Shown piece after piece: positions 36,001-47,521 of a DNA stretch of 64,000 nucleotides (positions are counted from its first letter, which is position 1; each line of letters starts with the position of its first letter). The translations under genes were made by a program, and so were the position numbers. The DNA comes from Phoronis australis (taxonomy: Eukaryota; Animalia; Phoronida): contig NMRA01000344.1 of the NCBI GenBank assembly GCA_002633005.1, forward strand, positions 427,316 through 491,315, read 5' to 3'. A model generated the notes under the pieces. The model was not told where the DNA came from. It did not search any database and saw only the letters and a program-made list of their open reading frames with translations.

Positions 36001-39000
36001 ATGTTATAGCTGGTGTATGATCATACACCAGCTACAACAGTTTGTGGCGGAATCAGTTTACCCGGCAAGTGCATGCTCAATACATTTCAGATGGTGCTTC
36101 AAACGTCTATTGTAGCTCAATTTCTTTCTTCAGCATTCCGTGGCCTCGTATTCTTGGAGGTTTCTTGCTAACTACCCACGAAGGTCTGTTTTCTAGTAAG
36201 AGGGCTGCAATGGGATAAAAAAAAAACAGTGCAGGTGGTCTGATGTCATTTGCGGTGCATCAAACGTGTGCAGGCCTCATGGTTGGGCCCATTACACAAA
36301 ACACCTGAGCAAAAGCACGAGACCCCAATTATGGCTCCTCGTGAAGAAAGTTTTCAAGTCTGCCAGTCTCCTTTAGGAAAACGGACAGACTTTTCCATGT
36401 GTTGCCATGCAATGGGATATGTGATGTAATTGTTCATTTGCGTTTGCTTTTTGTGGTACTAATTGTACCAGTTCAAATTTGGAAGACCCTTCTTGGATTT
36501 TGGTATCCTTTCCGGTTTATCAGACATGGGTCATTTTGTAGACAGTGTAAAGCACAGGATAGATTTAAATACGTTTTGAACGGCAACCCTTTATCTATTT
36601 TACCTCAATTGCAGGCCCTAGGTTAGGTAACCAGATACTTCACACACCATGCAGACACCGACAGACATTTACTTATGTTGCCCTCTGTTGGCGCATCAGT
36701 TAGGATAGATGCCAGTAGCTCGTTATCTGTGCTACATCTTCTGGTCTGCCGGTGTCTCACAATCACAACCCTTAATCTTGTTACACATGTCCTCTTCCCT
36801 GTATTACTATCATCACTAGTAATTTGATATGCCGTTGATGTAGCAGCGTTTTTCCAAGATGAATAAACGGTGGATTTTGACAGGCATCAAGAAGCTTTGG
36901 TTGGATTCATCATTCAAGCTAAACGATACAGCAAAATGGGACGATACCTTGGCCGATCAAACGTCTCCTTTATTTTTGGAGTACAGAAATGAGATTGAGA
37001 ATAAGGTAACGTATTTAACCTTCAATCTGAGCAGAGAATCTGTTGTGTCACATATTTTCACACTAGACATGTGTGACCACCAGGGCAGAATATGTGTCGA
37101 GGGCGACAAGATATTGGTGTATGTCAACACCAACAAATTTTGTGTCTCTGGCAGCAATGCATGCTTTGGGCGATAGTATATATCGTCAACATCGACAAAA
37201 ATTGTCTCCCGGGTGCCAACATGTGTATGTTTCACTGGCTTTACCTGCGCACACGACACAAAAGTTGCCTAACTCCCAGAAGGAGACAATTTGTGATAAA
37301 TAATCTCACAACAGAGGCCACTTCGCGTGATTTACCCTTGAAATAAGTGGTGTCAGATTTGGCCTAATCAAACAATGTGAGCACTTGAAAATACGTGGAA
37401 GTCGTGTTTGAAGATTTACACGAAGGTGTGAAGTCTGTAAAGGGACGGGTGTAAAAATACAAGACGCAGAATACTGTTATTGTTAGGACTGTCGTGGAGG
37501 AGTAATTCATTCTTCAACATGACTTTGCTTGGCAGTTTCGTACTAACGATGCCCTCGTATACTGTAGTTTCAGTAGCCACCTAGCATCATAAACAACCCT
37601 TTTAAATTTTACAAATTAATTACTAATATAAATGCACCGTGTTTATGGTTCTCCTCATTCCAGCGTTTGTCTTTGGTACCGATTTCTTGCAATCCCGATT
37701 TTTCTTCCGGGCATACTAGACCGATCATTCATCCGATGGGCAAGGTCCGTTTCGTTGCACACCTTTACAATTGAACGATTTTATTTCGATTACAACTGCT
37801 GATGCTGGTGGAACTTGGGTTCATGGAAGCTGGCTACAATCCATGACCAAATAGCCCTAAAGAGCTTCCAACCAATCCCCCATAATTATGTTTACGAACA
37901 AAAGAGAATTTAATCTACGCTTATACAAGAGCAGCATGTTTCACCTGCTTTGCTGTATGAGCATCGTGCGTGTAGTGAGAGTTTAAACGTTCTACAGCGT
38001 CCGATTTGTCAGATCGCGAATAGCAACACTTGATGTCCAGATGACATGGATGAAAATTTGTATTTCAGGGCTAGCTAGCCAAGATTACCTCCCAACAGAA
38101 GTTACCTCATAGCGTTGCAGCCAGTCTAGGCCGTCTAATCTTTGCACCAAAAATCATACTTGACTTTTTTCATGGGCCGTGCGAGTGAAAGTGTCGCGTG
38201 TAATTTCGCTCGTAATTACGACCAAGACTGCTCATATTTTACGACCGTAATCATGTTTGTCCAATGAGAATTTGGACTGTAGGTCACGTGAGCTCTGAAT
38301 CAGTTGTGCATTCGTAATTTTACGCTCGCACTTTTCGTTTGTTATTTTACATTAGTAAATATACGCTCATAATTTTACACTCGTATTTTGCACAAGTTAT
38401 GAAGTTTTTCAGAACATGCTTTCATCTATTTCTGTGTGACGTTTTTATGTACGTCACCCCATATAGTACAATAAAGCTTTTGCAAATATTTGGCGCGTTT
38501 TCCTTATTTTTGAATAAATCTGAGGCCATGTGGATAGGCACTCATATCTAGGCAATGCTCTCCGTATCATCTCCCATTCAATGTATTCAAAGTACGTCTT
38601 AAATCGTCGAGTTTCCAACCGTCGAACTAAAAAGTACAGACCTCAACTCCACTAGCCCATTAGCTAAATTTCTCAGTTAAGCTATAACTAAAATCGCACA
38701 TTGTCTCAAGATTAGGTGTGCGTCGACTGGGTCTTTAAGTAACTAAATCCGCATTTAATTTGAAGAGGCATAGAACGTAATAAACAGACTAATTTGAAAT
38801 ATAGAAAGTGGTTCTCTGGCACTGAAACAGATTTCATCCTGCTCACCCGGAATTTTTCGGTTTTTTCGTAAATATTTTTTATTTCTGTTGAAATCAAAGA
38901 AATTTCTTTTAGTTTCTTATTTCAAAAAAGAACTTTCTGTCAGTTTCTCGACCCTTTGTCAATTTTTCTCCCAAACGTCAAAGCACGTCTCCTTATGGCA

Positions 39001-42000
39001 AGACATAGACTTAGCAAATTTTCGTCATATGGAAAATGTGACCTTTGACCTCAAGCGACTTCAAGCAACTGGCTGTGAGAGCATGTGCGCATTTACATGT
39101 ACACAGTAGCATAAGCGGGAGGGGGAATAAAAACTCTGTGGTAACCATGTATTTAAGAAATCGTGATTTTTAAATTTTTTCTGGAAATTTCCTCACAGGG
39201 GAAAGTGAATTACTGTGTCCTAGACGTTGTGAGGTGGTACTTTCGTCAGGAATTGTTTAAAACATATGTTTGACGATCCTGTTTGAGTAAAGAAAGGTTT
39301 TGTAAGCTTTCAATTGTGAACAAGGTCAATCAATTCGTGTATCAATAATTCCCCAAAACACGGCAATGTGCCTATTTTGGGACAGCTTGAAGGAGCTCGG
39401 AATTTCATGCCTTTGTGTACCCTGGTAATATAGCTTCAAGCACGACTCATCAAGCAACTCAACATGAAGTGTCAAAGAGGTTTGAAAGGTCCAAAAATCA
39501 AAATTCGCCGATCGATCGTTTAAATGAGGTGTGTAATGAAGTTAGTGATAAATTGTCACAGCGGAAGAAAGAAAATGAATCTTCACTGCATTCGCCAGCG
39601 TCGTCCCCAGTCTCAAGATGAGGCTGGTCGGTTTGTCCATTCGAGACGTGGTATGGAAAATCAATGTGTCAGAATTCTGACACATTTTTACGGAAATCGC
39701 CGGAAACTCACGAGTAATATCAAGTTATATCACAGTTATATGCAGTACAAAACAAAAATCAAAACTAACGGTAAGCATGTAGCAAATTAGGTTTGAATTA
39801 CTGCGAAAATGGTGAGTTTTTATTAGGAAATAGATTACTTCTATAGTACTATCAAGAAAACAGAATCAAAAATAAGTACATGTATGGGAACAACTTTTAC
39901 TTCAAACAATAACCAAAGCAATGCCTTCAGCTTCATGGATGGCAGTAAAAACGCCTTTGAAAATAATTGAAATCTGCCTTTGCTGCGGCTTTAATTTAAT
40001 TTCTGGAAATCCAATTCAATTTTATCACATCAACCAAGCAAGGACAGGAGTCTGGAAGAACTTGTGTTTAAGTATTCATCAACTCAAATGTTTGAAGGTT
40101 TCTTGTGTCACTATTGTGAATGTCACGTACTTATAGTACTGAGAAAAGCATGACAGACTCCAGAAATTTTGTCAGGAGACAATGTCTAACCAACATTTTA
40201 AAAGAATCGCGAGATCAACACTAAAAGAGCAGCGTCAGACAGAAAATCGTTCTTTGTGGATGTCAGTCGCCCTTCATCTTCATTATTTTATCTAAATAAT
40301 CGTAGTTCGTAGTCATATTTATATGATAATACGATGAATGTTTTCAGTCATCCAGTTGGGTCAGTATAAGAAACAATAAATCTGTTACTGGACTTACGGT
40401 ACGTGGAGATGGCTACGTTGCGTTCTCCTCTCGAGGACTTCATCAGGCCACTGAGTTGTCACGTGACAGTGAAACCGCAGCCCCACCTGTCTATTGAGGC
40501 TGCGGTTTCACTTACCTAGGACTTGGGATAGGGCGCTGAAGAGAATCCCGCGGAAACTGTACGACGGACCACGTGACAAGTCACGTGACAACTCAGTGAC
40601 CTGATGAAGTCCTTGAGAGGAGGACGCAACGTAGCCATCTCCTCGTACCGTAAGTCCAGTAATAGATTTATTGTTTCTTATATCATATTTATATGTTTTA
40701 CTGTCATCAAGGCAGCGACCAATCATTGCCGATATTTTTTACTTGTTGCCCTGATCATCCCAGGCATTTGAAAGAGTTCCGGATGAGAACATACCGAGGT
40801 GCAGTGCTGAAATGAAAATCTAGCAGGTTGTCTGACAGTGCTTTTAATTTATTTCTTAAAATTACCATGCTTTTTCAATTTCTTAGTAATACTCTTAACA
40901 GTGTGTGTAGATGACATATGAAATCGCAAAAACATACATTGGGGGTAATGTAGTACAACTTCAAAAGATTGTTGATAAACCAATCACTCTTTATTCAAGA
41001 CATTTGAATGATAAATCATTTGCACCACAAAAACAATTTCAACTGCGTATTAGTTTAATAGCTGCTGGCCTCCTGTACGAGTACTTAAATCTAACGATTC
41101 CTCCCTAAAATTACCAGCGTAAACTTACGAGCGAAAAATACAAGCATAAAATTACGAGCGTAAAAGTTCTTCAGAGCTCACGTGACCTATAAGTTTATTG
41201 ATTAACGCAAATGAGTTTCTAAGTCACGTATGCACGTGAAGGCTCATAGATGCGAGCAGGGAACTCGAGTGCGGTAAAGGTTGAGACCACGAGTAAAAAT
41301 CAGAGATCAGGCCGAACTTGTAGTTTTATTTCTGGGGTCATCAAGTACAAACTACAATTATATAACCATAATGTACTTTAGCACACATAAATAAATACTT
41401 CTCTTAACATTTCACAGAAGTAACTAAATATTCAAACATAATTCCGAGTTCAATTTCGAAAATTAATTTGATTTGACCCCGAGCAAAGAGAACAGAAGAG
41501 CCTAAGTGATCGTGCAATAATTCCTTTTGTCGACCTTTTCAGAAGACACGCGATGTGTCTTTGGAGGTAGAAAGTTCGCGAACACAATTCGGCCTAGTTT
41601 CTGCGCATTGAACGCTACATTTGCAAGTTGAGATGTCAATAAAGCAAAACATAATGCGTGTTTAAAGCGCAAAAATACCTGGCTCAAGCCTTCAGAGAAA
41701 ATGTCCTTTGACTCATATCATTTACCCCTAGGTAACAACGAACGGATAATTCCGTAGTGCTGGAAACCACAGAATGACTTCCCGTGGTCAAGCATTTTAT
41801 TGGACATGGTCTCAATCAATAACAATTTTTCAGGAATCGTGTCTAATCTGATTAAGGTTCTAGTTGACAAAGATCTTATAACGATTGGTGCCCTAAATAG
41901 ACGCGGTTTTTTGGCGGAAGGCGGTTTTATAGCCTGCACCAATACAACCTAGAATCCAAAGCTCGACGAGCACTTGTGATTACTATGTTTTACTTCCAGC

Positions 42001-45000
42001 TGAAAGAAAAATTCCAGTCGATAGTGGGCTTCCACGACGTTATCATCACCAATTTTACAAAAGGAAGTATAGTAACTTGGTTCAAGGTATCTGTGTATCT
42101 TAGCAAAGTGTTAGAGGAAGTCAGTCAACGTTCCTCCTCAGAAACACCAAGCGATGACGATTTGATTATAGTGTTAAAGACAATTGGTAACCAGATTGAG
42201 ACATTACCGTTTAACTTAATCCTAACACTCGACAAGTACGGTACAGTGAATCTAAACAATTCGTACGATAAAAACCGTTTCAACGCCACGCAATACGCTG
42301 AACAGGGTATGTATACGAACAATGTACACCAGTTTAAACTTGGCTATTATTTTATTTGCCGATACTTAAGACGTGAATATTCAAAATAATACATTTTTCA
42401 AATATCATTTAGCAAACTTTCATACGTAACTGCACGTGACTAAGTTTCATTTTGCGGCAGACGTTGCCCTTATCCTTAGTTTGGGGTGGTAGCGAAGCAT
42501 AGTGTTCAAGCCAGACCGCCATCCTTTCGTCCCAATCTCACTCGTTGAAGTGATATCTCACCACGGAAGCTTTAGAAACTATTCCACTTTTGTATAAAGT
42601 TGAAGATGGAGCAGCTTCGTTTTCAAATTCACCCTTTAGACATTATATAAGGCATCACAGCATAGGTTGAACACGTCAGTCAGTTCTTGGTGATTTTGCA
42701 ATTGTTACCAAGTTCACTCTGAGACAGTCAACTTTCATTTGATGAAATAGTGTTGTCGCAACATCTCAGTAAAAGAGACTTCGATTTTGCGCTCTTACAT
42801 GCATTTTGTATCCAAGTTGGTGGGAGAATCAAGACGCCAGTCAAATTTAGATAATCGTTTTACGTGTTTTGGGTTACTTGATAGTGACTGAGCGTTGTGT
42901 AATGATGCAGCTTAAAATCATTGTTGTATTGCTTGTTTTGTTGTCTCTTACTAGTCTTGAGAGTCATTCGAAACATCTGTATGGAAGAAAATGGGTGCCC
43001 AAGGGGCTACACGTGTGACAATGGAAAATCATTTTCGATGTGCAAAGGAGCTTGTGTGGACTACAATATCGGTCTCTGTGCTAGCAACAACTCTGTGTGC
43101 TACCTTAACAGGACGTACCAGCCAGAATGCAGGTCTGTAGACAGCCCAGTTCAAAACACACGTACTAAAACTAATGATCATTTAAAACAAATGAACACAT
43201 AAAATCAAAAATTGTCATCCTGCATTTTTGCTAATTATATTACCAATAACTGATTACTTTTTTACCAGTGGTGTCATTCATTTGCAAGTACGAGGCGTTA
43301 GTATTCCGGCGAACGAAAAAAGGAGTCTGGTAAGCCCTTACGGTTTATGTGCCATTACTGACATTGAACATTTCAGATGTAAGTCTGGACACATATACTT
43401 GGATTTCTTTGCGGTCAAGTGTCAACCAACCTCGACATTTGTGGCGTTCCTCCTCGGAATAGCGAGTGGAGTACTTGTTTTGGTCATTTTCATCATGTGC
43501 CTGGTTTGCGGGATACAGCTCAGAAAGGCAAAGAAGTATAAACAATCGTAAGTGAACCGTTGTTTGAAGATTTGCAAAAAGTTGTGCAAAGAATTAAAAT
43601 AAATTTCATCGAAGTGCATGTATGTGCAATGTAAGTGTTTGAAAAATTGTGATGAGTGGCAGCATGGACCCAGTCCCTAATTTGTGCTCTACCTATATGT
43701 GATGTCATCGGGTGACTAGGGTTGGATTTGTAAAACAGACACCTTGTGCTACATGTACTGTGCCCGGATGTAAGGGTGTATCTAATCGTTTTTTTTGCCA
43801 ACACAGGCCTCACGAGAATGACCTGAGTGTGACTTCGGATGACTTTCGCCACCTGAGACTAATGCGAACCGTAACGGAGGGGCGCGATTATGACAACGAG
43901 GTTTGTTTTCAGCAGATAATTGGTATTTTCATTTAACAAGTACGCATGCACACTCTTGGGTCTGTACGTGTATGCTGTTTCATGAACCAATCAGTTCGAT
44001 GTAAATTTAAAGTGTACAGTTGCTTAATTTTCGTTCTACTGGTATTGCTGTTGCTACTATTGTCAGTCTTACCGTAAGCACTACTACTAAACCAGGATCG
44101 CTGTTGCTACAATTGTCAGTCTTACAGCAAGCACTACTACTAAACCAGTATCGCTGTTGCTACTATTGTCAGTCTTACTGCATATACTACCACTATTGTC
44201 AGTCTTACCGCAAACTTCACTAATGCTGTCAGTCTCACCGCAAATACTAGTACAGTTACTGCCATTGCCACAGCTACATCCGTTACTGAATCAATCAATT
44301 TATTTCTATGATAAAGGTCATAGGCCCACTGTACAAAAAACAACATGTAACGTAGTCAAGAATGCAGCAAGCTATCACGGAGTCACAAACCATAAAATAC
44401 GCATTTACATAGGTTAACTAATTTAGCATCATCAATTGTTGACATTAATGTTTTGAACTTGAAAACAGACGAAAAATTCCAATCACACACTTTAATATAA
44501 TTTTCTCTCAATATTACGGCTTAAGAGGATTTGCATGTACATGTACTCGACTAGTCTTCAACAACATTGGGGCAGAAGAGACTCACCATGCTTGCCTATT
44601 CAGCTTCAAGTGCTTTTAGCACTACGACCTCTCTACTATTGATTGTTAATGTAACTAAATTGGCAAACTCAGCAGAATCAAAGTCATCGTCTTCTAGCAC
44701 TATCCCTGCCACCACCAAGACTGCTACCATAGTTGCATCACTTGTCATGCCCTCTAGGGACAGCACTGCGCATACTCACAATATGGCGCAAAGCATTAAG
44801 TCGCGAATTGAAATAGCATAGTCTATTGAAGCTGTCTGCATCCTCATTAATCATCGAGCTATCTTTACCTGCTTGCACCAAGTTCAGTAATGATTGGATT
44901 CCGATGAGAATTATTTCAATGTTCATTAGGGATACAAGTCAAATAGAAGATCGCCTGTCACTGATGACCAATTTGTAGGAAACCTTGCTACTGTCGATAC

Positions 45001-45983
45001 AGAAACTTCGGTAAGTGATCATGAGGTGTGATATTGAATATTCTACCGCCAAATTTCTTTTACGTGGCTTAGAATAAATTTCCCAGCGTCAACTACTGTA
45101 TGATTTAATAGACCTGGGGCCCGTCCCAAGAAACTGACTTAAGTTCATCTTTGACTTAAGTTTAAGATTTGTCTAAACTTCCAAACTTTGAAACTTCCAC
45201 ATCTGGTAAATTCATCGAAATTAAGCCAAAACTTACGTCAAACACTTAAACCAAGCTTAACATCTCTTTCTTGAAATGATTTTGAGACAAGTTGAGCTTT
45301 TATTTTAAAATTTAGTAAAATTTAGGAATTGTCTTAGCTAAGTCAGTTTTGTTGGAACGGGCCTCTGGATAATATATTTATGTTGTTAGCAGTGCTAACA
45401 ATCATTCACTGTTGGAATGCTTGCGGATTTCCCAACTGAGCAGTGCAATAAGGGAGAAGATTAGTCCCTATGGCTATGATTTAATACTACTTCGCTCCCA
45501 GTCTGGCTGAAAAGAGTCGACTAACAACAGCATTAGGCCTACGTTCTTCTTGCTCGGAACTCGCCGTGTGCGCCAACGAATAAAGACAGTACAACTAGAA
45601 CAAACCTTTCCTAATAAAGGCCGGCTTGACGTTCCCTGCAGGTTGAACGTGAGCTGGCAGTGAAGTTTGCAAGAAATGAGTTGATATCAATACAATAAAG
45701 TCCAGTGGTTAAAAATATGCTCTCAGACAAGCAAATTTCGTACTATACCTTTCTTAAAAAAGCACTTCAACATATCAGATATCTCATTGTGTTGAAAATC
45801 TTGTTTCAGTTCAAAATCCGACGTCCGGAAGTCAGCAGTGTGCCATTCGGCGTGTACACGGAAAATTCAAGCAAGCGCTTGTCCAATGTCTCATCTGCCG
45901 GAAAGCGCCAAAGTCTCAAAAGCGAGAGGTTAAGCTACGAAAAAGAGTACGAAGAAGTTATGGACGATTATGCCAAATCGTAG
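30035..45983 (+). CDS. Gene B: single-pass SEA-domain transmembrane mucin-like protein (about 487 aa), paralog of gene A; join(30035..30098,31769..32041,36884..37005,42000..42306,42955..43132,43377..43547,43807..43900,44930..45010,45810..45983)
   Basis: Nine exons totalling 1464 nt (488 codons with TAG), all GT-AG and phase-consistent; signal peptide, PTS stalk with several NxT sites, SEA (FTKG|SIVT), EGF-like modules, TM, tail. Confidence 0.88.
31769..32041 (+). CDS. Gene B exon: Thr/Ser/Pro-rich mucin-like stalk
   Basis: ccaccAG acceptor, GTTAGC donor; TLRANTMASNTTTSNVTNATPVSTGTSGSTSNETTAPPTANETFTTPT...PVIVNT. Confidence 0.85.
32928..35189 (-). mobile_element. Kolobok-type THAP element (copy B) in a gene B intron, with an internal tandem duplication of about 400 bp and a nested MITE
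   Basis: TCAA|AGGAGAATGCCACC ... GGTGGCATTCTCCT|TTAA; THAP ORF 34745..35029 with intact CGRHF; about 33470-33860 is repeated at about 33860-34260. Confidence 0.82.
34378..34617. mobile_element. Family Y MITE nested in Kolobok copy B
   Basis: CATGCGTGTACCC ... GGGTGCGCGCATG; absent from copy A at the homologous site. Confidence 0.8.
36884..37005 (+). CDS. Gene B exon: SEA N-terminal half (SSFKLNDTAKWDDTLADQTSPLFLEYRNEIENK)
   Basis: tttgacAG acceptor, GTAACG donor; SEA-like W-x3-L-x-D-x2-S-x2-F pattern. Confidence 0.87.
38280..41189. mobile_element. Unclassified TIR element of about 2.9 kb in a gene B intron
   Basis: Perfect 20-bp inverted termini TAGGTCACGTGAGCTCTGAA / TTCAGAGCTCACGTGACCTA with subterminal TTACGCTCG/CGAGCGTAA repeats; no recognisable ORF. 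Confidence 0.65.
40326..40682 (-). mobile_element. Short Penelope-type insertion: 3' terminus plus inverted terminal copy, each with a minimal hammerhead-like motif
   Basis: Inverted repeat of about 103 bp (40365-40467 vs 40580-40682); 13-bp flanking direct repeat TCATATTTATATG (40313, 40683); CTGATGA-stem-GCAACGTA, AAGTCCAG and TGGATGACTGAAAAC motifs resemble Penelope 3' ends. Confidence 0.62.
42000..42306 (+). CDS. Gene B exon: SEA C-terminal half with FTKG|SIVT motif
   Basis: ttccAG acceptor, GTATGT donor; homologous to 4320..4614. Confidence 0.88.
42955..43132 (+). CDS. Gene B exon: Cys-rich/EGF-like modules
   Basis: ICMEENGCPRGYTCDNGKSFSMCKGACVDYNIGLCASNNSVCYLNRTYQPECR; cttactAG acceptor, GTCTGT donor. 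Confidence 0.9.
43377..43547 (+). CDS. Gene B exon: EGF end plus TM helix
   Basis: CKSGH...KCQ, FVAFLLGIASGVLVLVIFIMCLVCGI, QLRKAKKYK; tttcAG acceptor, GTAAGT donor. Confidence 0.9.
43807..43900 (+). CDS. Gene B exon: tail 1 (PHENDLSVTSDDFRHLRLMRTVTEGRDYDNE)
   Basis: Poly-T tract with acacAG acceptor, GTTTGT donor; SDD-x2-HLRLMR and DYDNE shared with gene A. Confidence 0.85.
44038..44262. repeat. Minisatellite (core TACTATTGTCAGTCTTAC; about 52-bp then about 26-bp units)
   Basis: TGTCAGTCT[T/C]AC recurs five times. Confidence 0.8.
44930..45010 (+). CDS. Gene B exon: tail 2 (GYKSNRRSPVTDDQFVGNLATVDTETS)
   Basis: cattAG acceptor, GTAAGT donor; homologous to 11356..11436. Confidence 0.85.
45117..45364. 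mobile_element. PIF/Harbinger-like MITE
   Basis: TIRs GGGCCCGTCCCAAGAAACTGACTTA / TAAGTCAGTTTTGTTGGAACGGGCCT with CTG on both flanks; a related terminus occurs near 63279. Confidence 0.65.
45810..45983 (+). CDS. Gene B last coding exon (FKIRRPEVSSVPFGV...DDYAKS*)
   Basis: tttcAG acceptor; homologous to the gene A last exon; TAG. Confidence 0.85.
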   Translation, partial: FKIRRPEVSSVPFGVYTENSSKRLSNVSSAGKRQSLKSERLSYEKEYEEVMDDYAKS

Positions 45984-47521
45984 TTTCACCAAGTCGAGTA
46001 AAGGTAGATTACACGACTTTAAAAGGATATCAAATCGGAATTCGAGCTATTAATAGATACTGAAATTGACTTTGCCATTCACTTCTCTGGAACAAAATAA
46101 CGTCCGTTAACCCTCGACAACCTTAAAAAAATCGAGTCTGCTATGCGGAGAAGCGTAACCTACGCGTTAGGCCAGCTATACGACAACTGTTGGGTAAAGC
46201 CTACCTGCCAAAAACTGTTATGCACTTTTCAGCACATACAATGTGTGCTATAGTTGAATCCTGTATTTATCACTCAAGATAGACGACGATGGTGCACGAA
46301 CAGGTGGCAGCTGAACGACGATTGGTTAATATCAACAAACAAGGATGAAGTGTCCTTTTAAGTGTGAGGATTATATGACCTATAGCGATTTTGCGTTTGA
46401 TCAAATTATGAGAATAATAAACAAATATCCTTTCACAACAGCTGAAGAAAAAAATGTAAGAAGGTTCTCTTAATTTACTTTTGAGATAATTACCATCACT
46501 TCCGAAACGCGTGTTGCCTATCACTATCGAGTTACTATACACTCAGTTAGCTATACAAGGTGTTTCGGAATCTAGGTTGATTTGTTGCATTTCGCACTGT
46601 TTGCATGTAGGTATGAAACAGAAGTCGAATTAGGCATTTTAATTATGTGAAATTGGCTTTAAAATTCTTTACCGTGAAAGGACTTGTTACATGTAGCTGT
46701 TACCAAGAAGAACACTGACAGGATAAGAGTGGCAAGAAATCTTCAGTTTATCTAGGTTGGCCAAACCCGAAACACAAAAAGAGTGAACAGTCAAGATTCA
46801 TTCACGTGGCATAAATGTGGTAATTTGCCCCGAGTACATCGCAGAGTAGCCGCTGTTTTTTACTCTTCGATACAGTCGTTGAAATATGTGGAAAGTGGCT
46901 ACTAAACGTGACGAAGTGCAAGTTTAATTTGGTGTAGACGATCTGATACCAACCTAACCACTGATTGTGATACACAATGCACGTCACTCAATTTAAATCA
47001 TTTTTCACTATGTGTCTGAATATTTTTAATCGTCTTCTACACACGTATATTTCTAATTGTAATACGGTACTTGATGTACTATTGAACAATTGCTACGAAA
47101 TAACACTAACACTAACAATGATAATAGTAACGACACTGATTTAGTTGAATTATAAAGATCGTTTTCTAAACATGCAATTAAATTGACTAAGGTTTCTTAT
47201 GTACATGTATGACGAGAGTATTTGTTCCATACATTGATCGTGTATTGTTCGAAAGTTATTATTGATACGTGAAGGATGATTGTAAAGACGTCCACTATGC
47301 ACAGCTATGCAAACTCGAGAACTTGGTTTGGTGTTTAACATTCATTCAAGTCTTAATAGTACAATTGTATGTTTAGTGTAGATAGATGTTCGTAATCTTC
47401 CAGATGAATCACAGATCCAAAAATGTAATTGACGCTTCCGCAACCAATTGGTTCTGCTGCCCCACTGGGCGTATCTTTTCTTATATTTGAGAGCTAGACA
47501 ACGTTTCGTAACGTAACACAC

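Noticed and set aside
44038-44262. Repeat-spacer-like pattern resembling a CRISPR array (also 22068..22200)
   Set aside because: Intervening sequences are related to each other, units are degenerate, the context is eukaryotic and there are no cas genes; these are minisatellites.
44567-44821. Ser/Thr-rich ORF as an extra mucin exon
   Set aside because: It lies downstream of the TM exon, has no convincing splice pair or gene A counterpart, and the flanking exons already join in phase.
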